Source: Neovahlkampfia damariscottae
Taxonomy: Eukaryota
Direction of reading: 5' to 3'
Length of the DNA stretch: 60,901 nt
NCBI GenBank assembly: GCA_016618085.1
Contig: JABLTG010000129.1
Span: 1 to 60,901 of the forward strand
A program made the translations under genes and the position numbers. How positions within the stretch are numbered: the stretch's first letter is position 1; every line of letters starts with the position of its first letter. The notes beneath the pieces were generated by a model, which was not told the DNA's origin, did not search any database, and was given only the letters and a program-made list of their open reading frames with translations. Shown in pieces: positions 50,101 to 60,901 of the stretch.

Positions 50101-52207
50101 TTCATTAGCTGTACCTTATAAATATCAATGTTTGAAATATATGAAACCTTGGATTTCTAATTTAGCTGCTGTTTATAATGATGTACAAGATGATACAGAA
50201 GAAGTTGGAAAAATTAGAAAATGGTTTTTAGATTTAACAAAAGCAACATTTGTTGATAAAGATATTTATCCTGCATTATTAAATGAAGTTTGGGGTGAAA
50301 TCTCAAAAGATCCACCACTTGTCAGAATTTCAATGGAATGTATTTTACAAGAATCAATTAAACAAGGTGCTGGAACTGCAACTGGTAATATTTTAAATGA
50401 TTTAGTTGTTACATTATCTTCTAAAAATTCAGCTGATTTAGTTGTTTCAATCATTTTAGAAGTTATTCTTTCAACTTTAGATAATGAAGTAAAACCATCA
50501 GAATCATCAGAAAAAGCATGGGAAAAAGTTTCAATTTTTATTAGACATCTTTTAATGCTTTCATTTCAAAATAGAATTAATGTTGTTAAAAATTTACCAA
50601 TTCTTTTTTATATTATCACACTTACAGTTGGTAGAGGAAATTCAAATTTACGTTCAAATGTTCATGGTCTTACAATGAATGTAATTCATTCTTTAGCAAC
50701 AACTTTGAAATTTAATTCAGAAACTAAAGTTATTATGCAAGATTATATGAATCAATTAACAACTTCAAAATTCAGAATTTTATTTATGGGAAATGAAAAA
50801 TCACCATATGATCCATTTTCACAAGATTTATTAGCAAATTCAGGTAGAGAATCAACATCATATTTATTAAAAGAAAAAATTGAAAATATTGATATGTGGA
50901 AAGTAGAAAGTGTTATTATCTTTTTACAAAAAGTAATGTCAACCTGTTATAGAGTTGATTCATCATTAAAAAAGAAATGGATTCAAGATTGGACTCAAAT
51001 TTTAACATCAAAGATAACTATTATGAATCATGAAATATTACCAAGAATTATAATTTCATATGGTGTTTTAACACCACCTTCTTCAATTTCATCAGGTCAT
51101 TCACTTTCATTTATTGTTAATGCATTAATGGATTCACTTCAAAATTATTCATCATATAAATCAGATTTATCAGTTTCTTCAATTTTATGTTTAAGTCAAT
51201 TTTGTTCAAAAATGTCACCAAATAATGAAAATTTCAAAGATTTACTTTTAATTTCAATTATATTATTAGCAGGTGGTGATATTCAATTATTTTCTGCATC
51301 TTTAAATTTATTTAAATCTTGTTTAAATTCAATTTCAAATTCAACTTCATTTTTAGAATCAAAATCATTTGAAGATTATTTTATGAAGAATTTTAGAAAA
51401 GATAAAATGGGAACAATAGTTTCTTCATTAGAATCAAAAACACAAATATCATTTTCTACTCATTTTTCATTTGCAATTTCTTCATTTTTAATGAGAGGAT
51501 TAACAGCTCCTCAAACTTATAAAGAAACAAATGAAGTTTGTTTATTATTAATTGAAATATCACAAAAATTGAATCCAAATGTTTCTGATTTAATGGGTTA
51601 CGTTACTGCATTAATTACACATAATGATGATGAAAAGATTGAATCAATTATTGGTAAATCATTATTTGATGAATCAAATTTTGAACATAAATTATGTCCT
51701 CTATTATTTACAAGATATTTGTTAGGTGTTGTCCAATCATTACAATCATTAAAAAAAGAAGAAGAAATTATTGATATAGAAGAAAAAAAAGAAAGAATTT
51801 TTAAAATACTTCAAGAATCTTTTGAAAGAATTCCAAATATTTTTTCATCTGTTTTTTCAGAAGTCTTCAAAAGAGTAGTTCAATTTTATAAATTTTCAAA
51901 ATCAAGAAAAATTGCAGAACATACATTGAAATTGATTAATACAATTATTGAACAACCAAATTGGAAAAAGGATGATCCAAATGCTTTAAAAGATATTTCA
52001 TTCACTGGTATTAATAGAGCAGAATCATTTAAATCAATTGAAGCAATTTCAAAGGATTGTTATTCAATTTTGATTGATTTATTAAGTAATATTGAAATTG
52101 GTTCAAATAAAAAAAATCCAAAACAATTTCAAAATGTTTCAAATCCAGGTACTCCAATTTTTGAAGTGACAGAAGATGGTGATAAAGAAGAAAAAATTGA
52201 TATTTAA
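44157..52207 (+). CDS. NF1: Neurofibromin (NF1)-like RasGAP with a Sec14-PH module
   Basis: Arginine finger LFRSNS; FLRFLCPAIISP; KCLQNVAN; Sec14-like RPVVYLIAR...PYELVFDCT; DVPGSMLNM...RTAAYNLL; YMKPWISNL. Several small 5' exons precede one exon of about 6.9 kb. Confidence 0.93.
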
Positions 52208-52293
52208 ATAAAAATACGTATTTCTCTTTTTAATTGTTTTTAGTTTTGTATCAATGATCTGTAACGCATTGAACCAATAAGATTTCCAACATC

Positions 52294-53379
52294 ATGCCAA
52301 AAAACAAAGTGTACGCAAAAATACAGAAAATTCTAGATGATTCAAGAAAAGGAAGGCGTATTAATTTAGAACTATTGGAGGAACCATACCGTTCTGATCC
52401 TAGAATTATCATGAAAGCAATTGAAATGGATTCTTGTCAAGTTGAATTTGCACCTGAAGAAATAAAAAATAACAAAGAAATTGCTTTGACTTGTGTAAAA
52501 GTCTATGGTGCAAACCTACAGTATTTTTCTGAAAAACTAAAAAACGACAAAGATGTTACAACAGCAGCCATTCAACAATCCCACAGAGCACTTTCATATG
52601 TTTCAGAAGACTTGAGAGATAACCGAGAATACATGAGCATATTTATGGAAGATATTCCAACTAAAGTCTATCCTTTATTGTCAAAACGTTTAAAAAATGA
52701 TTTGGAATTCATCAAAATAGTTGTAGCTCATCAAGGAGATATGGTTGCAAAAATTGATGATTCTTTCAAAAGAGATGAGGAATTTATGCTTTTTGCTATT
52801 CAATATTCAGCATTTTGTTATGATTATGCTTCAACCAATTTAAGAATTAAGAAATCTTTCAATTTAAAATGCATTGAAATACAGCCAATGACTTTGAATT
52901 ATTTTTCAAAAGAAATATTAACCGAAGACTTTCTGTTAGAAATAGTATCAAAAAATGGTTTGTGTTTAGAATATCTATCTAATGATTCAATTCATTGGAC
53001 AAATGAAAATATTCTATTGACTGCTGTAAAAAATAATGGACTGGCATTGAAATTTATAAATTCACCAAGTAAGAATTTAATACTATATTCCATTTGGAAC
53101 ACTGGGGATGCTTTTGAATTCGTACCAAATTCTTTTAAAAATGATGAAAAATTCATTTTGGACGTTGTTGAAGGAAATGGTGATATTTATCAACATATTT
53201 CAAAAAGAATTAAATCAAATAGAAGAATAGCTCTCCTTTCGGTGAAAAAATCACCAAATATGTTTAAATTTGTTCCAAAAATACTGTCTGTTGATGCTGA
53301 GATTATTTGGTTTTCAAAAAGATATTGTAAATTGATCAGAGACTTACCTGTGCATAACATATTCTTTTATTTTGATTGA
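52294..53379 (+). CDS. DUF4116-type repeat protein
   Basis: Repeated units of about 25 aa with the pattern L.Y.SE.LKND.E....A(V/I)..(N)G. Intronless. Confidence 0.8.
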   Translation: MPKNKVYAKIQKILDDSRKGRRINLELLEEPYRSDPRIIMKAIEMDSCQVEFAPEEIKNNKEIALTCVKVYGANLQYFSEKLKNDKDVTTAAIQQSHRALSYVSEDLRDNREYMSIFMEDIPTKVYPLLSKRLKNDLEFIKIVVAHQGDMVAKIDDSFKRDEEFMLFAIQYSAFCYDYASTNLRIKKSFNLKCIEIQPMTLNYFSKEILTEDFLLEIVSKNGLCLEYLSNDSIHWTNENILLTAVKNNGLALKFINSPSKNLILYSIWNTGDAFEFVPNSFKNDEKFILDVVEGNGDIYQHISKRIKSNRRIALLSVKKSPNMFKFVPKILSVDAEIIWFSKRYCKLIRDLPVHNIFFYFD

Positions 53380-53598
53380 GGGAAGAGGAAATCATTTGTT
53401 CTGAGATAACTGACAAATGAATGGTAAATAAAACAATATTTAAAATTCTTAAATACAATTAGAATTAATACACTGATTTTTTTGAGGAGATAAAATGAGG
53501 ATCACTGGATGAAGAATACACATTATTCTCAAGAAGCACTTATTGATTTGATTGGTGGAATATTTTAATCCAATCACACTATTTTTTAATCAAAGTTG

Positions 53599-54701
53599 AT
53601 GACAACACTGAACGAAAATTTGAAAGAAGAAGAATGTAAAAATAAAAAATAGAACTTAACAATTAGATTTAACAATGGGATTATACCATTTAATGGAACC
53701 TTTAAGCAATGAATATGATACACATATTAGAGCAATTCAATTGAGTCAAACTGATTTAGCACAGAAAATTGATTATATTTCAGAAGGTAAAAAATAAACA
53801 AAACTTAAACTTTTTAAGAGTTAGAAAAATTTATCAACATGACAGATGAAAGTTTTTTGAATGTTAAAACACAAATTACAAAATTAGCTAATTCAAGAAA
53901 GAAATTAGTTTCAACTTATAATACACTTGGTATAATTCATGAAAGAATGGATAAAATGAAAAAATTAATTGACAAAAAATATCCTTTTCTTTCACAAATA
54001 TTTGATACCTTTGGAGTTGATTTAAATGAAATTATGAAAAGAAAAAATGAACCTGAAGATTCACCAAAAATTGTGATTAATTTAATTAAAAGAATACGTG
54101 AAATTGGACTTGAAAAACATGGTTTATTTAGAGTGCCAGGTAAATTTAAAAAAAATATTAAATAATCAATTATTAGGCGATACAAAAGAAATTGCAAAAT
54201 TGAAAAAAAAATTTAATCAATTAAACGACGTTGATTTATCAGAATATAATGATATTTTTAATTTAGGTTCACTTTTGAAATTGTAAAAAAAAAAAAAGAA
54301 GAAATTAATTTCCAAAAATAGGTATCTTAGAGAATTACCAAATCCTGTTTGTAAACATGAATTTTATCATGAATTTATTGCTGTTTCAAAATTAGAAGAT
54401 GGAAAATCAGAAGCTTTGAAATCAGTTATTCATAATTTACCCGAAGGTATTGAATTTGTTTTGGTTTTTTATTTTTCTAAAAAAAGTGAATAGAAATCTT
54501 TTGAAGAGAGTGATGCATTTAGCTTCTGATATTGAAAAAACTGATGGAAATGAAATGGATGCTAAAAATTTATCAATTTGTCTTGCAATTAATATTCTTT
54601 CATCGGATAAACTTGCACCACAAGAAGCTATGTTGGATCATCAAAATGTTTTGAGTGTCATTCAAACCATGATCGAAAATTATGATCAAATTTTTGATTA
54701 A
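53599..54701 (+). CDS. Snapin (BLOC-1/BORC subunit)-like coiled coil fused to a RhoGAP domain
   Basis: LTMGLYHLMEP...DTHIRAIQLSQTDLAQKID...EL...KLANSRKKL...L..IHERMDKM (Snapin pattern), then FGVDL, GLFRVPG, LKLYLRELPNP and NEMDAKNLSIC (RhoGAP). Confidence 0.82.
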
Positions 54702-54825
54702 AAATTTTTTAAAGATATTCCAAATACTTAATTGATACAAGTCTTATTCTTTGACAAAAAGGTTCTTGGTGTTAATATTCTCAAAATTGTTCGGTGTTTG
54801 ATTGGCCAAACAACCGAATTACCAA

Positions 54826-55595
54826 ATGAACAAACTAACTTGTGTTGTTTGTCTATTTTTTGTTTTGAGCGTGTTTGCAAACAACTTGGACACAAAAGAA
54901 TGGCAAACACTTAAGAATTCATACAATATTATTCCAACAAAAGGAAAAGGTTTTCCTTTCAGTGTTGATGCTCTTGAAATACAATGGTCAGTCACTTGTT
55001 CTTTGAGTTGTAATATTTATTTATTGGATGAAATAAACATGAATCGTCTTGATAAAGGTCAAACTTTCAACACATATTACAGTAAAATTGGAACAACAAA
55101 ATCCATTTCCAACTTTAGAGATAAGCCAGTTATTGTATCAAAAGTTTATATATACGTTTTAAATCCTTCAAATACATCAACTTTATCTGCCAATTTTATT
55201 CAAGAACAGTTGATGTCTGATAGTTATGCACCTGCAGGAGTGAATTGGTTAAAACAAATATTTGGTTTAGGTGGAATTGCAAGTTCTGTTGTAGCACTGA
55301 TAACATTTTGTTGTTGTTGTTGTTTGGTAATTATTGGAGGTTTATTTTTTTCAATTTTTAACCTTCTTTAGTTCCGCTATTGATGTTTAAAAAAAATGAT
55401 CAAGATGGAATGAAAGATAATTTAGGACCTACTATCATAGTTGATTACGGTGAATATAATATTCATGGACAAGAGAATTATACAGATGGTCACAAAAGTG
55501 AATATGAAAATGAAGTGATTTATGATGAAAATATAGAAAAAGAAGAAACATCAACAGAGAACATTGAAATTCAATCAAATGAAATATATTATTAA
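54826..55595 (+). CDS. Type I membrane protein with signal peptide, Cys-rich TM region (CCCCC) and acidic tail
   Basis: Signal peptide MNKLTCVVCLFFVLSVFA; TM segment followed by five Cys; short intron at about 55340-55371. Confidence 0.68.
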
Positions 55596-55837
55596 AAAAT
55601 TCTCTTTTGAACTGGTAAGAGTAGTTTGTTACAAGTTTTTGAAGCTACATTTATGAAATAAAGAAATTACTTTTTCTAATTTTTATTTTGAACAGAGAAA
55701 ATTGGAAGAAGGAACTTCTCACACTGATCTCAAAGATATTACTCGTTGAAGGATTCAATTTATTCAGGTTTGAAAATTGAAAGGGGATAATCAAAAATAG
55801 ATGACAAATTCAAAATGACAGAAGATCATCAAATGAT

Positions 55838-56293
55838 TTAATCAAATAACTTTTGTGCTTTTTCAATGATACCACCCCAAACTCTTCTTATTATAGCTGC
55901 CATTGCGCGTTGTGTACCAGGAACAACAACTTCAAATTCACAAGTCCAAATCAATTCTGTTTGTGAACCAACAGGTTTGACTTCAAATCTTGCTTTTATA
56001 TTTTTCATTCCTGGAAATCCAGATGCTGCGTATCCATAAGCAAATGGTTCATCAATTATTTGAACATCTTTTAATGTTGGAAAAAATCTAATATCTTGAT
56101 ATCTTATTTGTCCGATACCTCTTGGACCTTCAACTCTAAAAGGTATTTCCCACCACTCAATTTTATCAAATTTTCCAATTTTTTCCCAGACTTTTTTGAT
56201 TTCTCCTTTTATTATTCCTCTAGCTTCTGCCTTGTAAACATTTTCAGAAGAGACAAGTACCACTAACACCAACAGAAGAAATGTTTTTATCAT
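55838..56293 (-). CDS. SRPBCC/polyketide-cyclase-2-like protein with signal peptide
   Basis: KVWEKIGKFDKIEWW, GIGQIR, YGY, ARFEVKPVGSQTELIWTCEF and a C-terminal helix; hydrophobic N-terminus. Confidence 0.75.
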   Translation of the reverse strand: MIKTFLLLVLVVLVSSENVYKAEARGIIKGEIKKVWEKIGKFDKIEWWEIPFRVEGPRGIGQIRYQDIRFFPTLKDVQIIDEPFAYGYAASGFPGMKNIKARFEVKPVGSQTELIWTCEFEVVVPGTQRAMAAIIRRVWGGIIEKAQKLFD

Positions 56294-56467
56294 TTGACCA
56301 ATCGGAGTTATTCTTGCTTCTCATTGGTTTTAAAACTTTATAGAAGTTTTCCAATACTGGTAGATTTCTACTTCAAGGAAAAGTAATACACATCTCTACA
56401 ATCCCAAAAATTGAGCTACTTGAAAGTACATGATTCGTTCAGAATCTGACATCGACCAATCAAATCA

Positions 56468-57490
56468 ATGAAGCTCCTTTTAGTTCTTACAGTGCTTTAC
56501 TTCGTGTCCTCCAGTTCAGCTGTGTGTGTACATTGCCTTAAATCTGCTAACTTACTTGGGATTGAGAATACAGAAGAAATCCTTGAATCTGCTCCGATGT
56601 TGGACTTTTTTCAAATTTCAGAAGATTGCCAAGATAGATCTGTTTGCTTTGAGGACTGTTCAAAATACTTTAGTGGATGTAAAAAGAAAGCATTTTTCAC
56701 AGATTTCCTCAAAGGAATGAATGATAAAGATGCAGAAAAATCATACGTCAAAGTTTGCATTAAAAGAGAATATTCAAAAGAAAAGAATTTCTACTTGAAG
56801 AAAGAAATGGTACAACTCTTGAAAAAGAAAGCTGGTTGTGACTTTTCCAACTCAGATTCAATGGAAAAAATCATGGATAAATACAAAAAAAAATGTGATA
56901 AAAAGGATAGAGCTAAATACTTCATTTATGCAACTGAAATAATGATGAGCGTCAAAAGTATCTGTAAAGAAACAATTGATAAAGATGAAATTGAAAGAGC
57001 TTTAAAAAGATCAATTAGACGTGGATCAACTTCTAGAGAAACTATTTTTTCATTCAGAGAAAATTTGGCACCTTTAAAAAACTATTTCACAGAAAAAATT
57101 AGAGACATGAGAAGAATTAGGGATGATTTTGACAGAAAGGATAAAGATAAAATGGAAAAATATGTTGATAGTTTCATAGAAGGTTTCGTAAAAAATGATT
57201 TAGCAAAAGGACAAACTTATGTTTGTAATTGCGATCATTTTGGTAAATACTCCAAATCTTCAACAGCTTATAAACAAAAACTTAGTTTCATCAAATCTAG
57301 TTGCAGTAAACTCTGTAATAATGGAAACATCCTTGAACAATCACTTTTGAATAAAGTTTCTTTGATCAAATTTCAAAATTTTCCCATCCAATCATTCAAC
57401 ACATACAAAAGAAAAAAAATGAATTTATATTTCCGAGATATCATTTTTTTGAATATCAATTGTTTCATCAAGAGTTTCATACTTCTTTAA
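56468..57490 (+). CDS. Secreted cysteine-rich protein of unknown function (3' end uncertain)
   Basis: Signal peptide and many Cys in a long intronless ORF. The last ~45 codons look non-coding and overlap the opposite-strand MFS gene. Confidence 0.62.
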   Translation: MKLLLVLTVLYFVSSSSAVCVHCLKSANLLGIENTEEILESAPMLDFFQISEDCQDRSVCFEDCSKYFSGCKKKAFFTDFLKGMNDKDAEKSYVKVCIKREYSKEKNFYLKKEMVQLLKKKAGCDFSNSDSMEKIMDKYKKKCDKKDRAKYFIYATEIMMSVKSICKETIDKDEIERALKRSIRRGSTSRETIFSFRENLAPLKNYFTEKIRDMRRIRDDFDRKDKDKMEKYVDSFIEGFVKNDLAKGQTYVCNCDHFGKYSKSSTAYKQKLSFIKSSCSKLCNNGNILEQSLLNKVSLIKFQNFPIQSFNTYKRKKMNLYFRDIIFLNINCFIKSFILL

Positions 57491-58944
57491 TTTATCTTCT
57501 CTCCAACTTCCTTTGAAATCAATCTTTATGAAAAACATAACAATGAGAGAGACAATAAAACAAAGAATAGTGAAACACATTAATACAATATATGCTAGTC
57601 TTATTGAATAGGCTTTTACCCAACCAAGAATTTGTCCTCCAATTAATGTTCCAGCAATTTGACCTAAACTTAACATTTGATGGGCAATGGCAAAATCTCT
57701 TGCAACAGTATCTTTTGGAATTGAATTTAATGTGAGTACATTAGTAGCAGCCATTGAACCACCAAATCCAAATCCAATAATAAAATAACAAACGAAAAAT
57801 AAAATACCAGCTGCAATTGAATCATATACAAGTATTAAAATGATCAAAAATAAAATATATCCTAAAAGAATGAACCCAACAAAAATAAATGCAACTATTT
57901 TTGGTCCAATTTTGTCGCTAAAGAAACCACCAATCACACTCCCAATTGCAGTTGCTATTACAAATGTCATAATTGCCAATGAAGCTACAAGTACAGGTTT
58001 ATCAACATGTAAAATATCTCGTACTAAATACTGAACAAATGGTCCCATTAAATTCAATCCAAGAAAAAGTATGAATGTACAGGTGGCCACTAAATAGAAA
58101 TTGTGATAAACTTCACAAGGAAAGTAAAATGTCTTTGTCAATCCTTGAATTAATTTAGTCTGAAATGGAAGTTCTTCTTCTACTTCTTTTGGTATATCTT
58201 CAATGTATTTTTCTTTGAGACCAAAAATAGTGTATAATGAAGGAATTAGAAATCCGGAACAAGCAAATCCATATGCAGCAAAATATTTCCACTTTGGTGA
58301 AACTGATTCTAACACAATTGCCACTAAAATACTTCCTCCTAATGTTCCCAAAGACAACCCGAGAGCTTGAATTCCACTTGCAATTCCTTGTTTTTCTTTT
58401 GGTATTAAATCAGGTAATAAACCTCCATAAGGACCTAAAATTCATTAGTAATCATATTAATTAGAACCTAAAACAGCTGCAGTTCCAATTTGACAAAGAA
58501 GTAATAAAATTACCAACATTGCTACATTAATCCAGTGACTTGAAGTAAATAGAGATAATGACATGAAAAAAATAGCTGAAAGTGGTACTCCAACTAATAA
58601 ATATGCTCTGCGTTTCCCAAATTTAAAGTTAGTTTTATCAGAAAGTGCTCCAAAAATTGGTGTTGCAACAATTGAACCTATTGAACCCAATAAACCAACA
58701 AGTGAAAGTGTTATTTCTTTCTTTTCTTCTCCTACAATATCAAAAATTTGAGCTAAAAGAGTGTGTTAAAAATAATGAACTGACTTGGCAAGATGGTTGC
58801 AAATACAGCAGTTCCAACGAATGCATTTCCAAAGTATAAAGCTGTAATTCCAAAGATCTTGTTTGCTAAAGAGCAGCTGGATTCTTCAGGTTCTTGATGA
58901 AAAGGTTGACGTTCAACTTCGTGTGAAAAATTTTCTTCTTTCAT
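57425..58944 (-). CDS. Major facilitator superfamily transporter (GPH/SLC45-like)
   Basis: PIFGALSDKTNFKFGKRRAY, GPYGGLLPDL and GGFFSDKIGPK; about 12 hydrophobic segments; two introns. Confidence 0.88.
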
Positions 58945-59119
58945 TGGCCAATTAAATGAAACTAGATGTTTAGAAGATAAATTACCTCTACTTGAAGTTT
59001 CCAAGGGTCAAATTCAACCTATGAACTTTGAGTATTCTCTTCTTGTTCGTAGATATTTTCAGTTTTCAAGTTTCACAATTGAAAAGAATGCAAATTCTTA
59101 TCTTCATCCAAAGCAACAT

Positions 59120-60901
59120 TTTTGACATTGATAGAATCACAATTTATTACGGTGGAAATTTAACTGAAGTATTAATTTGGTTGAAATACACTTTAAAATA
59201 TCACCCACAAATTAGATATTCCAAATCATTAACTAATATTTTATTAAAAATAAATGATACAATTGTCAATTTAACCAATCACGATATTACATTTAATGAA
59301 GATGAAACAGAAATTAGAATCAAAGATGAAAAAGTAAAAACTGATTATATGAAATTGTATAAAAAACTTGATAATGAATTTATGAATGGATTATTATCTA
59401 AAAACTATTTATCAACTTACTCTGATTCATTACAACATAATTTATTTAATTTTCCTATTTCTTGTGCTGTTGGTAATTTAAAATGTAATATTCCAAAAGA
59501 ACAATATGCAATTGATTTTACAAAGGCTTATTCCTCAATCTTATATGAAAGTAAATTTATTCCAGTTTGCACACCTTTTGATGAATTTGAAAAATACAAT
59601 GGAGAAGATATTTTACCGTCAAATTTATATATGATTAAATTAGAATCTTCACCAGAAAATAAATTATTATCAGATACAACAACAAGATTAATTTATGGTA
59701 TTAATTTATTATTGATTAAAAAATATCAAAAAGTTAAAATTATGACCGTTTGTAAGTTAAATAAAGTTCAAGATAATGATATTTTACCTTCAATTATGGA
59801 TAAAGTAAAAGAAAGTGGTTTAAAAGAAAAAGATTGGAAATTTATTTTAAATAAAGGAATTGGATTAACAGGAAAAAGATATTCACAAGGAAGTCAAAGC
59901 GGATTATATGATACAGAAAAAGAAGCAAATATGTATTTGAAACGAAATAATCCACATTTTCCAAAACACGTAAGAGATACTGAATTATGGTATATTGAAC
60001 ATAAAGGAGAAAGAAAACAATTAAAAAATGGTCTTTATTTAATTCAAGCATTAATTTATGATACAATGAGAACAAAATTATTTTTAATGTATAAAGAATT
60101 AAGGGAACAAAGTATTGATGTTGTATCAGTAAAAACTGATTGTATTTATACAGATAAAAAACCTGACACTTCAAGATTATCATTTAGAACTGGCAATAAA
60201 TGGGGGGAAATAAAACCAGTTCAAAAAGAATATTTTAAAGGTTCAACTTTTTTAACAATGCATAAATACACCAGAGATTGCTGTGATACTTGTATGAGAA
60301 AATGCGAGAATTTAAATGTTGAAAAAATAAAATCAAAAATATTTAGACCACCGACAATAAACAAAATTGAATTAGAAAATGAATTTGATAATACAGAATT
60401 TTGTAAAGCAATTAATAGAACAATTGTAAGAGTTGAATTACCGGGGCGGGGAAAACAACCAATATTATTAAATATTATCAATCCATTAACAAGAAAATAT
60501 TAGTTGTTTGTCCTACAAATGTTTTAGCATTGGATATTAAAAATAAATTCAAAAAAATTGAAGCTATTACATTTTGTAAATTAGCCGGTATTATTGTGGG
60601 AGAAGACAAAAAAGTGAGAACATTTGATTTAACAGATTTTGATGTTATTCTTGTTGATGAAATTTATAACTTGGAAACCGGTAAATTATTCGACTTGAAA
60701 AACATTATGGAATCAAATGAAGATAAAATATTTATTGCAACTGGGGATAATTTACAAAATAACCCAATTGAAAACTTTATTAATGATGAAACTATTTACA
60801 ACAAAATTATTGAGAATATGTTTTTTAATCATTTACAATTACATAGAAGTAGAAGAATTAAAAATAACAAGAAGAGACATTAAGAAAGTTAAAGAAATAT
60901 A
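59120..60901 (+). mobile_element. Fragment of an endogenous virus or Polinton-like element: family-B-like DNA polymerase fused to an SF1 (RecD/Pif1-like) helicase, frameshifted, running off the window end
   Basis: Pol motif A AIDFTKAYSS (about 59508), motif B KFILNKGIGLTGK (about 59838) and motif C VKTDCIY (about 60129). After a -1 shift at 60441-60446: GAGKTT, VVCPTN.LA, ILVDE and TGDNLQNNPI. No introns. The left boundary is approximate. Confidence 0.75.

Noticed and set aside
52294..53379. DUF4116 repeats as a possible CRISPR-like or DNA repeat array
   Set aside because: The repetition is only at protein level and is degenerate. There are no identical DNA repeats with spacers anywhere in the window.
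53380..53560. Possible snoRNA or 5.8S-like words (GGATCACT, GATGAAGAA) downstream of the DUF4116 gene
   Set aside because: The matches are too short, have no supporting stem or canonical C/D box pair, and are expected by chance.
58955..59125. Short stop-free frame between the MFS start and the polymerase region, and the TTG start at 59028 given in the ORF track
   Set aside because: No motif support. The first ~30 codons of the 59028 ORF look unrelated to the polymerase and probably precede the element boundary.
1..60901. Alternative genetic code or stop-codon reassignment as the cause of fragmented ORFs
   Set aside because: The breaks I traced in host genes resolve as short GT-AG introns, and TAA, TGA and TAG all serve as true stops.

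Overview
This is a very AT-rich, gene-dense stretch of eukaryotic nuclear DNA read with the standard genetic code. It holds about 36 protein-coding genes, mostly interrupted by tiny GT-AG introns (about 29-48 nt), with intergenic gaps usually under 200 nt. The gene families (DUF4116 repeat protein, signal peptide-multi-TM-RGS protein, eukaryotic arginine deiminase, neurofibromin) and the intron size suggest a free-living protist, possibly a heterolobosean; this taxon call is inference only. Housekeeping genes include SWR1/SRCAP, CutC, eIF4E, eIF2B-beta, LCB2, HAS1, NMT, ESD, Nup62, METTL5, NNF1 and NF1. Manual splicing or reading recovers genes the ORF track misses: p31comet, an STMP1-like microprotein and two EF-hand proteins. 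The main points of interest are: (1) an intronless, frameshifted family-B DNA polymerase fused to an SF1 helicase at the right edge, probably an endogenous virus or Polinton-like element; (2) unusual domain architectures (XRN with two inserted RRMs, Snapin-RhoGAP, J-domain-less DNAJC9, STE20 pseudokinase-B-box, UBL-UBA-UBR box, ADI plus a degenerate amidinotransferase domain); (3) a CCAAT/ATTGG box typically 0-45 nt upstream of almost every start codon, plus a shared AAACGGTTAT motif; (4) long hairpins in the few enlarged intergenic gaps, which are candidate ncRNAs. All family assignments come from motif recognition by eye; no database search was run.
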